Origin: Chloracidobacterium sp.
Lineage (GTDB): Bacteria > Acidobacteriota > Blastocatellia > Pyrinomonadales > Pyrinomonadaceae
Reading direction: 5' to 3'
DNA: 64,000 nucleotides
Assembly (NCBI GenBank): GCA_016716305.1
Contig: JADJWP010000001.1
Coordinates: forward strand, 350,391-414,390
Part shown: positions 38,667 through 48,389 of the stretch, piece by piece
Numbering within the stretch: position 1 is the first letter of the stretch
Layout of the letters: each line of letters starts with the position of its first letter
Made by a program: the position numbers and the translations under genes
Notes under the pieces: generated by a model
What the model was told of the DNA's origin: nothing
The model's input: only the letters and a program-made list of their open reading frames with translations
Databases searched by the model: none

Positions 38667-39545
38667 TTACCGGAGCATCCGGCCCGCCACCTGGAGGAAT
38701 TCCTTCACCTGTTTATCCCAGTAAGGCCAGTTGTGAGCACCCGGCAGCTGCCGATATTCATGCGGTATCCTCTTTTCGGTCAACAACGTAACGAAATCGC
38801 GGTTATTTTGAACCAGAAAATCCTCGGTGCCGCAATCGAGATAGATGAACGGCAGGGTTTTGATCTTTTCAGGCGTCGCCCGCCGGACGATGTCGAAAAT
38901 GTCATTTGCTTTTCGCAGTTCGCCATCGATCGGGCCCATGATCTCATCGATCGACCTGCCGATAGCTCCGGCACGCGATCTTTCCGTGAACTCCGCTGCA
39001 CTGAGCGCTCCGCTGAAGCTGCCGACGAGGACGAACATTTCTGGGTATTTAAGTCCGAACTTGATCGCACCGTAACCGCCCATGGACAGGCCGGCTATCG
39101 CACGATGTTCGCGTCGCTTATCGGTGCGAAACTTCTTGTCGATCTCCGGGATCAGTTCCTTGATGATATAGCTCTCGTATTTGTCGTTTTCCTTAGAAAG
39201 GCTGTCAGTATACCAACCGTTTCCGCCCTCCGGGGTGACGATTATTGCGTCGTGCCCGGCGGCGTATTTTGCGAGCGCCGTTCGCGAGAGCCAGTTGTCG
39301 AACCGGCCGGTCAGTCCGTGCAGAAGATAGATGACCGGGTAAATGCGTCCGCTTTCTTCCTTCAGGTTGTATTTTTCGGGAACGACGACCAGATACGGCA
39401 TCTTCCGTCCCATCAGGCGGCTGTCGAGCTCGAGCGGCGTTCCGGCCACGCGGGGATCGATGGTCTGCACGGTCGCGTTTTGCTGCGAATATCCGCCGAG
39501 CGCGAGCAGGAACAGCAACAGAAAGAGGAAACTCGTCCGTTTCAT
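38667..39545 (-). CDS. secreted alpha/beta hydrolase, 'putative esterase' (esterase D/enterochelin esterase-like) family
   Basis: Signal peptide. 'YPVIYLLHG' and the nucleophile elbow 'IAGLSMGGYGA'. Confidence 0.8.
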   Translation of the reverse strand: MKRTSFLFLLLFLLALGGYSQQNATVQTIDPRVAGTPLELDSRLMGRKMPYLVVVPEKYNLKEESGRIYPVIYLLHGLTGRFDNWLSRTALAKYAAGHDAIIVTPEGGNGWYTDSLSKENDKYESYIIKELIPEIDKKFRTDKRREHRAIAGLSMGGYGAIKFGLKYPEMFVLVGSFSGALSAAEFTERSRAGAIGRSIDEIMGPIDGELRKANDIFDIVRRATPEKIKTLPFIYLDCGTEDFLVQNNRDFVTLLTEKRIPHEYRQLPGAHNWPYWDKQVKEFLQVAGRMLR

Positions 39546-39601
39546 ATAGGTTAGTTTAAGTTAGAGTAACAAAATTCTTATCGGCCGTTTTCCGCGCCAT
39601 A

Positions 39602-40537
39602 TCAACTCTCGGTCTTGTGCACCGATCGCATTCGCTGACGAGCTTTTTTCGAGCGTCGAATGGTTCCTTTTCTCGTAAGGCTCGAACCGGCCCAATCAGA
39701 TACCTGCTTGAAGGGATGCCATTCAAAGCTCTCGAGCGGCAGCACCTCGCTCGAAGCATCGCGGAGCTTGAGCGTACTGAATGCGACGAAAAAGATCAGA
39801 AAATTGAATACTGCGCCGACAGTTACCACCAGCCATCCCGGAGCCAGGCCGACCTGAGCCCGGTCGAACAGCAATTCCCAGAATCGCTCGCGATCAACCG
39901 GCGAGGTGGTCGGGATCGGCGACGGGTGAATATATATCTTCAGCGACCATGAAAGAGCGAGTAGGATAAAGATCCAAAGATAGTTTGCACGCAGCCGCCG
40001 GCCGATGGCCTCCCACTCGCTGATCGTGAAATGCGGCGAGATAAGATCGGCGGAAATGTGATCTGCCCATTCCTTATCCGGCGGGATCGTCCGATGCGAG
40101 AGCATCGGTGCAAAATAACCGGTCTCGAGTATCCTTACTCGATTTGCCCAGACCTCGTAATACCGGTAACGCCTTGCTTCCATGAACAGAAATATGGAAA
40201 CAAGAATAGTATTGATCGGTATCGCGAAATGCGGGTTATCCGGCGAACTGAATACGAACGAGAGCGTTGCGCCGGCCGTGATAACTGCCCAGTTCGTGGT
40301 CGCGTCGAGCCGATTGCGCCAAATATTCGAACGCTGTATCTCGCCCCGGTAAAAGTGCACCATCGCCGTGTTGAACTCGGCCGGAGCCAATTTCTGCGGT
40401 ATCGTCAGCGGCGTCGTCCTGGGTTTTTGGTTGCGCTTGCGAACCTCTTCGGCAAAGGCCTTGAAGGAGTCGGGGACTGAGGTTATATGGATGTCTTCGT
40501 CGGCTGTTTGGGAACCAAGCCGAACATCGTCTTTCAT
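39602..40537 (-). CDS. DUF2270-like integral membrane protein
   Basis: 'MVHFYRGEIQRSNIWRNRLDATTNWAVITAGATLSFVFS' plus further TM segments. Family assigned from memory. Confidence 0.6.
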   Translation of the reverse strand: MKDDVRLGSQTADEDIHITSVPDSFKAFAEEVRKRNQKPRTTPLTIPQKLAPAEFNTAMVHFYRGEIQRSNIWRNRLDATTNWAVITAGATLSFVFSSPDNPHFAIPINTILVSIFLFMEARRYRYYEVWANRVRILETGYFAPMLSHRTIPPDKEWADHISADLISPHFTISEWEAIGRRLRANYLWIFILLALSWSLKIYIHPSPIPTTSPVDRERFWELLFDRAQVGLAPGWLVVTVGAVFNFLIFFVAFSTLKLRDASSEVLPLESFEWHPFKQVSDWAGSSLTRKGTIRRSKKARQRMRSVHKTES

Positions 40538-40682
40538 ATAGCGTAGGCTGACCGGGTAAACATCGAGGTGGCTTCATAAAGCCCAAATCACAGAATATTC
40601 CTTTCGCGTTGCCGATGCAAGAAATTCGGCCGCCGCCCAGCCTGGTTTCGCTATCCGGGCCGCGTTGTTTAGAATCCTTCTG

Positions 40683-41144
40683 ATGCACGATGACGTTCAT
40701 TGGATGGATATCGCCCTTGGCGAGGCCCGCCGGGCCGGATCGCTTGACGAGGTGCCGGTCGGCGCAGTCATTGTCGACAGCGGCGGCGATCTTCTGGCTG
40801 CGGCCTCGAACCGCACGATCTCCGATCGTGACCCGACCGCCCATGCCGAGATACTTGCCATCCGCAAGGCAGCTGCCAAGATCGGGAATTACCGCCTCAT
40901 CGGGGCGACCGCCTACTCGACCGTCGAACCGTGTGCAATGTGTGCCGGTGCCCTTGTCAACGCGCGTATTCGTCGGCTCGTATTCGGCACCGCCGACGAG
41001 CGTTTCGGAGCCGTTGTGACGCAATTTCAGCTTTGCGACAGCCCGAGGCTCAACCACAGGCTTGAGATAACCGCCGGCATACGTGCCGACGAATGCCGTG
41101 AGCTGATGCAGGCATTTTTCCGCGAAAGGCGTGGGCGCACTTGA
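40683..41144 (+). CDS. tadA: tRNA adenosine(34) deaminase
   Basis: 'EVPVGAVIV', 'HAEILAIRKA' and 'TVEPCAMCAGALV'. Confidence 0.9.
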   Translation: MHDDVHWMDIALGEARRAGSLDEVPVGAVIVDSGGDLLAAASNRTISDRDPTAHAEILAIRKAAAKIGNYRLIGATAYSTVEPCAMCAGALVNARIRRLVFGTADERFGAVVTQFQLCDSPRLNHRLEITAGIRADECRELMQAFFRERRGRT

Positions 41145-41181
41145 AATTTCACGCTTCAAGAACGTAGAATTGGGGATTCGC

Positions 41182-41271
<90 letters not shown>

Positions 41272-41427
41272 TGTCGATTTTGTTTTGAGGATCTAAGCTA
41301 CGTTTTGACATAAACGCGGGTTCGTCGATGCCGCATCGCTTGTTCAGGACTCGGCAGTTCGCAATGCATTTACAGACAAGGCCCGTCTACACTGCTTCAT
41401 CGTTATAAAAGGGAGGACAATTGATCT

Positions 41428-42186
41428 ATGCCTTTAAGTAAGAGGTTGACGGCAGAGTTTATCGGTACACTTTGGCTCGTTTTGGGCGGATGCGGAAGCG
41501 CCGTGCTGGCAACGGCATATCCGAGCCTTGGCATCGGTTTCGCAGGCGTTTCGCTGGCATTCGGCTTGACCGTCCTCACGGGCGCGTTCGCTCTCGGCCA
41601 CATTTCGGGCGGGCATTTCAACCCGGCGGTCTCGATCGGGCTGTGGGCCGGAAAGCGCTTTGACGCAAAAGATCTGCTTCCGTATATCATCGCTCAGGTA
41701 CTCGGGGCGATCGCTGCCGCGGGGATAATTTACCTGATCGCAAGCGGCAAGGCCGGATTCTCTGTCGCGGGCGGATTTGCGGCAAATGGTTTTGAAGCCA
41801 ATTCACCGGGCAGCTATTCGGCGCTTTCGGCGTTCGTTGCCGAGGTCGTGATGACGTTCTTCTTTTTGATCGTCATTCTCGGAGCGACCAGCCGGCGTGC
41901 CCCGGCAGGGTTCGCCCCTATCGCCATCGGCCTCTGTTTGACGCTGATCCATTTGGTAACCATCCCGGTGACCAACACATCGGTTAACCCGGCACGCTCG
42001 ACCGGACCGGCGCTCTTTGTAGGCGGGTGGGCGATCTCGCAGCTTTGGATGTTTTGGGTCGCCCCGATCCTCGGTGCCGCCCTTGCCGGCTTCTTTTACA
42101 GTTGGCTCGGCGACGAAGATGACGGCGGAGCGGCGGTGGTCGAGACCGTCGAAGAGATAGTGGTGATCGAGACCGAAGAGGCTTGA
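41428..42186 (+). CDS. aqpZ: aquaporin Z
   Basis: '[10 protein letters not shown]' and '[10 protein letters not shown]' NPA boxes, six TM segments, and an acidic C-terminal tail. Confidence 0.92.
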   Translation: MPLSKRLTAEFIGTLWLVLGGCGSAVLATAYPSLGIGFAGVSLAFGLTVLTGAFALGHISGGHFNPAVSIGLWAGKRFDAKDLLPYIIAQVLGAIAAAGIIYLIASGKAGFSVAGGFAANGFEANSPGSYSALSAFVAEVVMTFFFLIVILGATSRRAPAGFAPIAIGLCLTLIHLVTIPVTNTSVNPARSTGPALFVGGWAISQLWMFWVAPILGAALAGFFYSWLGDEDDGGAAVVETVEEIVVIETEEA

Positions 42187-42218
42187 TCCGGACTTTTTGA
42201 TCTTTAAAAATTCAATTC

Positions 42219-42309
42219 GGAAAGGTGCAAGAGTGGTTGAATTGGCAGCATTGGAAATGCTGTGAGCCTCAAAAGGGTTCCGTGGGTTCGAATCCCACCC
42301 TTTCCGCCA
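42219..42309 (+). tRNA. tRNA-Ser (anticodon GGA), CCA encoded
   Basis: Acceptor GGAAAGG/CCTTTCC, anticodon arm CAGCA-TTGGAAA-TGCTG, long variable arm, T arm GTGGG-TTCGAAT-CCCAC. Confidence 0.9.
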
Positions 42310-42485
42310 GAATTGACAGCGAAGGGAGAGAGGTTGCCGGAGAGTTTGTTTTTCTCCTGCGATCTTTCCCTTTGCTTTTTTTGACCCTATTATCTTCCAA
42401 TAACCGTGCCGCGCACGCCTCCGGTTCGAGATTTCCACTTTTCCGTTTTTCTCTTTTTGGCTTTTGGTCTGCTATTCTTTAGCTT

Positions 42486-42585
42486 GGCTCCAGGCTCCGC
42501 ACAAGGGCTGTGGTGTGAACTCCGCTAGGCGAGGAATCGAGCAACGGTAGCATTTTCACCCTGTGTTGCGGTTAAGTCTGGGGCC
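42486..42585 (+). ncRNA. ffs: small (4.5S-type) signal recognition particle RNA
   Basis: About 100 nt. The terminal helix GGCTCCAG/CTGGGGCC closes the molecule. The apical 'TAGG-CGA-GGAA-TCG-AGCA-ACGG' matches the conserved domain IV (E. coli 'CAGG-TCC-GGAA-GGA-AGCA-GCC'). A terminator follows. Confidence 0.7.
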
Positions 42586-42599
42586 ATCTTCTTATTTCG

Positions 42600-42620
42600 G
42601 CCCGCCGAGCGCGGGCTTTT
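42600..42620 (+). terminator. rho-independent terminator after the SRP RNA
   Basis: GCCCGC-CGAGC-GCGGGC followed by TTTT. Confidence 0.6.
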
Positions 42621-42723
42621 CTCTTGTGTCCTTCCGGAAACTGCGATACCATTCGGCAACTTCATCCCCGAAACCTCACTTTTCATCGATGATCGCTCCA
42701 TATTTCTTTGTCAGGAGTAGAAG

Positions 42724-43614
42724 ATGAGTATGCGATTTCCCCGATCCTTGCAGCTGACGTTGATCGCTGCCTTTGCGGTCATTGGAGCCGCCGCCCAGTC
42801 GGCCGTCAAGTACAATTACGAATACAAGTGTCCCGAAACAGTGATCGTAAACTATTGTCGCAACGATAGCGGACAGAAGGTCCATGAGGATGACAATTAT
42901 TGCAACGTTGAGTATCCCGACCGACCGCGGAGGGTCCCGACGATCCCCGTTTCCCGTTCAGTAGTAAGATCGGTTCTAGCGGTTGAGTTAAAGAACTGCA
43001 AAGGACCGGCGGCGGACGACCCCGCGATCGCAAAAGCGGCCGCGGCAAAGGTTGACACTGAGGTTTTCGGGATTCAGCTTGGCGATCCGTTCACCCTTCC
43101 CGCATGTCCAGTGTTTCAGGTCGGCGGGGCGGGACTCCAGACCTGCCACGGAGCACTCGACGACATGTTGGCAAAGTTCGCCCGGCCCGGCGGCCTAAAT
43201 CCAGATCCGGTCGATATTAAAACCGTGTATCTTGCGACCGACAAATGTCCCTCCTGGGTAAACCAGTGCACGTTGGTCGTTCGTTCGGATGCGGGCAAGG
43301 TCGGGTTCATCGGCGTGTTCACAAAGGGCCCGGGCGTCGACGTTCAGGTGCGAAACGTCCTTGCAGAAAAATACGGCGGCTGGTCGCTAAAAGGCGATGC
43401 CACGGTAACTCCCGGCAATACGGACAGGCAGCCGTTCAAAATAACTCAGTATTGGTGGAATCTTCCGGGCCTTTACGTTCATTACCAGCCCGTTTGGTCG
43501 ACTGACGATGGCGAGACACCAAACATCCGCGAAGGCCTGATCAGGATCGAGACCGAAACGGCGAGAAAACTTCGCTTGGCCGATGAGGCAAGAAAACCAA
43601 AGCCAAAGATGTAA
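42724..43614 (+). CDS. secreted hypothetical protein
   Basis: AGGAG precedes the ATG. Signal peptide 'LTLIAAFAVIGAAAQS'. Several Cys residues. No family recognised. Confidence 0.5.
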   Translation: MSMRFPRSLQLTLIAAFAVIGAAAQSAVKYNYEYKCPETVIVNYCRNDSGQKVHEDDNYCNVEYPDRPRRVPTIPVSRSVVRSVLAVELKNCKGPAADDPAIAKAAAAKVDTEVFGIQLGDPFTLPACPVFQVGGAGLQTCHGALDDMLAKFARPGGLNPDPVDIKTVYLATDKCPSWVNQCTLVVRSDAGKVGFIGVFTKGPGVDVQVRNVLAEKYGGWSLKGDATVTPGNTDRQPFKITQYWWNLPGLYVHYQPVWSTDDGETPNIREGLIRIETETARKLRLADEARKPKPKM

Positions 43615-44126
43615 GCCAGATCGGTCGTGCCTCATAGCGGTGATCGTTAAGTGATAAACGGGCAGTAAACTCGTTCGAGCTGAGATGTTGCTGAATAACG
43701 ATGTATCGCGGATTACGAGTGCATTTTCGGTAAATCGGCCGATCCCGACCTATTGTGCCGACCCGGTGAAGATCGTGATCGTTCGGAGTCCGACGATATG
43801 AATGACTCGGATGTTCGTCAGATGGCTTGGATATCGGTCAGAGTTTCGACGGCGGAACATCATTAGCCGTCATGCGAACCGCATGAAACGGCCATCATCG
43901 CCGACGATGCGCCGTCCCGCACGCCAATGCGGCCGTTTACCGGTCAATGCGTGCGACCGGTATGCGACGAACATCGGCAAACAGCCGGGAAAGTTCCTCA
44001 CTTGTTCGTGTAGCATCGGTAAACACTGGCTGAAACGGCGCCGTCACCGCGCCGTGGACCTGTTTTTCGGTCGAACGATGCGCCGAGCTTTATCGTTTCG
44101 CGAATATCCATTATTCTATGTAGCGA

Positions 44127-45917
44127 ATGTCCTACCAGGTTATTGCCCGAAAATGGCGGCCGCAGGCTTTTGACGAGGTCACCGGCCAGGAGCATATTAC
44201 GCAGACGCTTCGTAATGCGATCGAGCACGGGCGGCTGCATCATGCTTACCTGTTTTCGGGGGCGAGAGGTGTCGGAAAGACGACGACCGCTCGTCTGCTG
44301 GCAAAGGCGCTCAACTGCCATAAGACCGAGAAACCGACCGTAAGCCCCTGCCGGGTCGACGATCCCGAGGCGTGTCCGTCGTGCAGAGAAATCACCGAAA
44401 GCCGTTCGATAGACGTGCTCGAATTCGACGCCGCTTCGAATACGCAGGTCGATAAGATCCGCGACATCATTCTCGAGAACATAAACATCGCGCCGGCACG
44501 CGACCGCTGCAAGATCTTCATAATCGACGAGGTTCATATGCTTTCGGGCTCGTCGTTCAACGCATTACTTAAAACCGTCGAAGAGCCGCCGCCGGGCGTA
44601 GTCTTCATAATGGCGACGACCGAGCTCCAAAAGGTGCCTGATACGATAACCTCGAGGTGTCAGGAGTTTCAGTTCCGTACCATACCTCAGCAAAAGATAT
44701 ATGAACGCCTGCGGTCGATCGCCGATGCCGAAAAGATCGATGCAGACGACGCCGCACTTCGCGAAATAGCGCGCTCTGGCGAAGGCTCGATGCGTGACGC
44801 CCAATCGAATTTCGACCAGGTCATATCATTCTCCGACGGCAAGGTCTCGGCCGCTGATGTGTCGAATGCCCTCGGGATCGCAAGTATCGACATCCTCATT
44901 GCGACCATCAAGGCGATCGCCTCGAACGAACCTCGCCGAATGATCGAGATCGTCGGCGAACTCGATGCTCGCGGACAGGATCTGCGAAGTTTTTGCCGCG
45001 ACCTTCTAGCTTTGCTTCGCGACATGATGGTCGCAAAGATAGCCGGTGATGCCGAAGGTGTTCTGGATAATGCCGTGATCCGCCGCGACGAGCTGGTCGG
45101 TCTTGGCATCGACCTTTCTGAATCAGACGTCCTGCGGCTTTTTAATTCTCTCGCCGCGACCGAATCAAAGCTCAAAGACGCCTCAAACCCGCGTTTCGCT
45201 CTGGAGATCGGACTTGTAAAGCTTGTCGAAATGCGTCGGATCGTCCCGATCGAAACACTCATTGATCGGCTGAATGAGCTAACGATGGGTTCGGTTCCCG
45301 CCGACGCACGCTTGGCATCGCCGGCTGGGCCCGAAACGAGGGCCGCCGCTGCCGCCGAGGAAAAAAAAACTCTAGATTCTGAGCCGCCTCCCCTTTCTGA
45401 TTGGCCCGAGTCGGTCAGTTCGGTCATTCACGCTGAACCTGAGGATCTCGTTTTCGCCGATCCGGAAGCCGATACTGTCCCGATATCCGCCAAAAGGCCT
45501 GCCATCGATCTTTCGTTCATCGAGAATTTACCGTCAAAGCTGCCCCCTCTGACACCTGACGACCTCGCGCATACTGACGACGCGTGGCTTGACGACGCCT
45601 ATGAGCAGGCGTTAACGACCAGCGGCGACGACCTGATGCCGATCGCTTCGGCGGTTGAGTTCGCTCGGGCCTTTGCCGAACCACACGCTGCAGCTCATGC
45701 CGCCGCCGGATCCGGCAGTAACACGGTAAAGACCTCTGAACTATCTTTCATCCCTCCGCGACGTGACGATTCTGACGACGACACGATGCCCGTAACCGAA
45801 CTCTCCGCCGATCCGACGGATGAGGAACTTCTAGAATACGCTCGCCAATTACCGACCGTTCGCCGTGTAACGCGGATCTTCCGGGCAGAGATCGTTGGCA
45901 TCGAAAAGCGAAAGTAA
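44127..45917 (+). CDS. dnaX: DNA polymerase III subunits gamma/tau
   Basis: 'YQVIARKWRPQAFDEVTGQEHITQTL...HAYLFSGARGVGKTTTARLLAKALNC', Zn module 'PCRVDDPEACPSCREI' and 'IFIIDEVHMLS'. Confidence 0.94.
   Translation: MSYQVIARKWRPQAFDEVTGQEHITQTLRNAIEHGRLHHAYLFSGARGVGKTTTARLLAKALNCHKTEKPTVSPCRVDDPEACPSCREITESRSIDVLEFDAASNTQVDKIRDIILENINIAPARDRCKIFIIDEVHMLSGSSFNALLKTVEEPPPGVVFIMATTELQKVPDTITSRCQEFQFRTIPQQKIYERLRSIADAEKIDADDAALREIARSGEGSMRDAQSNFDQVISFSDGKVSAADVSNALGIASIDILIATIKAIASNEPRRMIEIVGELDARGQDLRSFCRDLLALLRDMMVAKIAGDAEGVLDNAVIRRDELVGLGIDLSESDVLRLFNSLAATESKLKDASNPRFALEIGLVKLVEMRRIVPIETLIDRLNELTMGSVPADARLASPAGPETRAAAAAEEKKTLDSEPPPLSDWPESVSSVIHAEPEDLVFADPEADTVPISAKRPAIDLSFIENLPSKLPPLTPDDLAHTDDAWLDDAYEQALTTSGDDLMPIASAVEFARAFAEPHAAAHAAAGSGSNTVKTSELSFIPPRRDDSDDDTMPVTELSADPTDEELLEYARQLPTVRRVTRIFRAEIVGIEKRK
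45361..45369 (+). other. A9 homopolymer inside dnaX (codons 412-415): candidate slippage/recoding site for a gamma-like product
   Basis: GAG GAA AAA AAA ACT CTA GAT TCT GAG. The +1 frame stops at TAG 45373-45375 and the -1 frame stops at TGA 45380-45382. Confidence 0.4.
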
Positions 45918-45980
45918 CTGCGAACATCAAGGTCGAAACTTTCGTATTAGTGTAAGATTTGACACAATTGTCATAATCGA

Positions 45981-46862
45981 ATGAAACTCCGACGATTCCC
46001 AAGACCTTTTAGGTTCTTCGCCGCCACATTACTGACTCTCACGGCAGTCGTCATGTCATTTTCGCAAGACGACTCATGGTCGGTGAACCGTTCGCCGCTG
46101 CCTGCACCGACCGGTTTTGTAAACGATTACGCCGGTGTCATCGACGAAGCCTCCAGACAGGCTCTTGAAACAAAACTTAAGGATTTTAAGGACAAGTACG
46201 GTGTCGAGATAGCGGTTGCGGTCGTAAAAACGACCGGTGACCGGCCTATTTTTGAATATTCGCTCGCGGTCGCCCGCGGTTGGGGAATAGGATCGAAAGA
46301 AGACGACAACCCCGGAGCCCTTCTCTTTGTTGCGATCGACGATCGAAAGTATTTCACCCAGGTCAGCAAAGATCTCGAGGACGAACTCCCCGATGGCATA
46401 GCGGGCAACCTGCAAAGGCAGTTTCTCGTCCCGGAGTTCAGAAAGGGGAATTACGCAAAAGGCATCAGCGACACGGTCGACGCGTATCTTTACACGATCG
46501 AAAGCCGTCGCTCGGGTGTTGCGATCCCGACGCCTTCACCGAAGGCTGAGGATAGTGGCGGGGTTACGCAAAGTGCGCTGAGCGTTTTCTGCTGTCTCGC
46601 CCTAGTCATCTTTGTTATCGTGATCATCGCCGCCAACCGCTCGGGCGGAAAGTCAAAAAACGATCAGGATCGTTGGGGCGGCGGCGGCTTTGGCGGAGGG
46701 GGCGGCGTGCTTCCCTGGATCATCTTGGGCGGTTCGAGCGGGTCCTCGAGCGGATCGTCATCTTCATCTTGGGATTGGGGCGGCAGCAGCGGCGGCAGCG
46801 ATTGGGGCGGATTTGGCGGCGGCGGCGATTTCGGCGGAGGAGGAGCCGGCGGCGATTGGTGA
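45981..46862 (+). CDS. TPM-domain (YgcG-like) protein with a TM helix and Gly/Ser-rich tail
   Basis: 'VNDYAGVIDEASRQALETKLKDFKDKYGVEIAVAVVKT', '[14 protein letters not shown]', TM segment 'LSVFCCLALVIFVIVIIAA', then GGGFGGGGG/SSGSSS repeats. Confidence 0.8.
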   Translation: MKLRRFPRPFRFFAATLLTLTAVVMSFSQDDSWSVNRSPLPAPTGFVNDYAGVIDEASRQALETKLKDFKDKYGVEIAVAVVKTTGDRPIFEYSLAVARGWGIGSKEDDNPGALLFVAIDDRKYFTQVSKDLEDELPDGIAGNLQRQFLVPEFRKGNYAKGISDTVDAYLYTIESRRSGVAIPTPSPKAEDSGGVTQSALSVFCCLALVIFVIVIIAANRSGGKSKNDQDRWGGGGFGGGGGVLPWIILGGSSGSSSGSSSSSWDWGGSSGGSDWGGFGGGGDFGGGGAGGDW

Positions 46863-46878
46863 TCGCGGGACATATTGA

Positions 46879-47601
46879 ATGATGAAGCAGCATTTTGCAC
46901 CATTTATTGACGATCTTAGAACGACCCACGGCAAGAACCTTGCTTCGGTCATTCTGTACGGTTCGGCTGCGGCGGGCGATTTTATCCCGAATCAATCGGA
47001 CTACAATATTCTGATCGCGTTACACAAGATCACGCCGAAAGACCTTCGCGAGGCTCACGCGTGCGTCCGGGAATGGCACAAAATGGGTCATCCGGTGCCT
47101 GTGTACTTTACTGTGTCGGAGCTAAAGAATGCTGCGGACGTTTTTCCGATCGAGTTTCATCAGATGCAGGTCGCGCATAAGGTGCTTTACGGAACAGACG
47201 TGCTTGCCGGTCTCGACGTTTCGGACCGCTTTCTGAGACATCAGATCGAATATGAACTGCGCAGTAAGCTTTTGTTGCTGCGGCGCCAGTACATTCCGGC
47301 GTCCGTTTCGGTCGACGGACTCAAACGGCTGATGGGCGAGAGCCTGACGAGTTTTGCTGCTTTGTTTCGAGCGGTGCTTCTGATGCGAGGGATCTCACCG
47401 CCTTCTACGAAACATGAGATCGTTGCATTGACGGTCACGACGCTTGGATTGAATGGAATACCATTTGAAAAGATATTCAATATTCGCGAAGATAATTTCG
47501 CCGATACATTGAGCGATGCTGAAGCGAACGAACTCTTCGGCGAATATATGGAAGAGATCGAACGGGTCATCGATTCGGTCGATTCGTCAGGAAACGAATA
47601 G
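46879..47601 (+). CDS. nucleotidyltransferase-domain protein
   Basis: 'SVILYGSAAAGDFIPNQSDYNILI' is a pol-beta-type NTase G-S-x(n)-D motif. A helical C-terminal half follows. Confidence 0.6.
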   Translation: MMKQHFAPFIDDLRTTHGKNLASVILYGSAAAGDFIPNQSDYNILIALHKITPKDLREAHACVREWHKMGHPVPVYFTVSELKNAADVFPIEFHQMQVAHKVLYGTDVLAGLDVSDRFLRHQIEYELRSKLLLLRRQYIPASVSVDGLKRLMGESLTSFAALFRAVLLMRGISPPSTKHEIVALTVTTLGLNGIPFEKIFNIREDNFADTLSDAEANELFGEYMEEIERVIDSVDSSGNE

Positions 47602-47669
47602 GCGGACTATTCGGAGTGGAGACGAAAGGTATGTTTCGGATCAAACGATCGACATTGGGGAGAAAAAAT

Positions 47670-48367
47670 ATGAGAAGAGCGATTTTATTTAGTATTGCGA
47701 TGTTTGCAGCATTTGGCCTGAGCGGATGCAGCTACAACGAATTGACTGCGAAACAGCAGAACGTCAAAGGCAAATGGGCCAACGTTGAAAGCTCAATGCA
47801 GCGACGGGCCGATCTGATCCCGAATCTCGTTGAAGCTGCCAAGATGTCAGCCGTCCAGGAACAGGAAGTCTTTGGCCAGATCGCCGACGCTCGATCGCGG
47901 CTGCTGAACGCCCAGCAAGCAGCGCCGCAGGGCGAGGGTGGCGACAAAGCCCCGAGCAAAAACAGGCTGTGATCGAAGCTAACAACAGTTTTGGCGGTAC
48001 GATCGGAAGACTCCTTATGCTTCAGGAGCAATATCCTCAGCTGCGTTCGAACGATGCGTTCATGAAAGTTCAAGATGAACTCTCAGGCACTGAGAACCGC
48101 ATCAATACCGCTCGTCTCGATTACAACGATGCCGTTACCGATTACAACACTACGCGGAATTCATTTCCGGCAGTGTTGACCGCCGGTCTGCTCGGTTTCA
48201 AAGAGGAACCGTTCTTTAAGGCTGAGGAGGGATCGCGAACTGTTCCGAATATCGGGAACGCAAATGACCTGCGGCGTAATCAAGCCCCGGCAAATAACGC
48301 CCCGCCGACGGCAAATCCGCCCGCGGCCAACGCTCCGGCGTCGAACGGTCCGGCCTCAAATAATTGA
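47670..48367 (+). pseudogene. LemA family lipoprotein, split by one frameshift near 47950-47956 (possibly an assembly artefact)
   Basis: Lipobox 'AAFGLSGC'. 'VKGKWANVESSMQRRADLIPNLVEAAK' in frame 0 continues as 'EQKQAVIEANNSFGGTIGRLLMLQEQYPQLRSNDAFMKVQDELSGTENRINTARLDYNDAV..YNT..NSFPA' in the frame of ORF 47969..48367. The break lies at a CCCC run. Confidence 0.8.
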
Positions 48368-48389
48368 CTTTGGATGGTTAAATGACCGA

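Noticed and set aside
40236-41159. 307-aa minus-strand ORF spanning the DUF2270/tadA region
   Set aside because: It overlaps two well-supported genes, including tadA with intact HAE/PCxxC motifs. It is Arg/Gly-rich with no recognisable domain, which is typical of an off-frame ORF in GC-rich DNA.
43615-44126. 510-nt gap upstream of dnaX containing a 123-aa Arg-rich ORF (43802-44173); considered as a pseudogene, or as the ffs site that often precedes dnaX
   Set aside because: The ORF overlaps the dnaX start and has no protein-like features. Six-frame reading gave no recognisable remnant. The SRP RNA was instead found at 42486-42585. The gap is left unexplained.
46664-46995. Pro-rich ('PPPPKSPPPPNPP') and Arg-rich ORFs on both strands
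   Set aside because: They are frame and strand shadows of the Gly/Ser-rich tail (GGC/GGA repeats) of the TPM-domain gene and of the start of the NTase gene.
47940-47975. Programmed frameshift as the explanation for the split LemA gene
   Set aside because: No slippery heptamer or downstream structure is evident. The break sits at a CCCC run in a region where many unrelated genes show the same kind of indel, so an artefact or simple mutation is more parsimonious.
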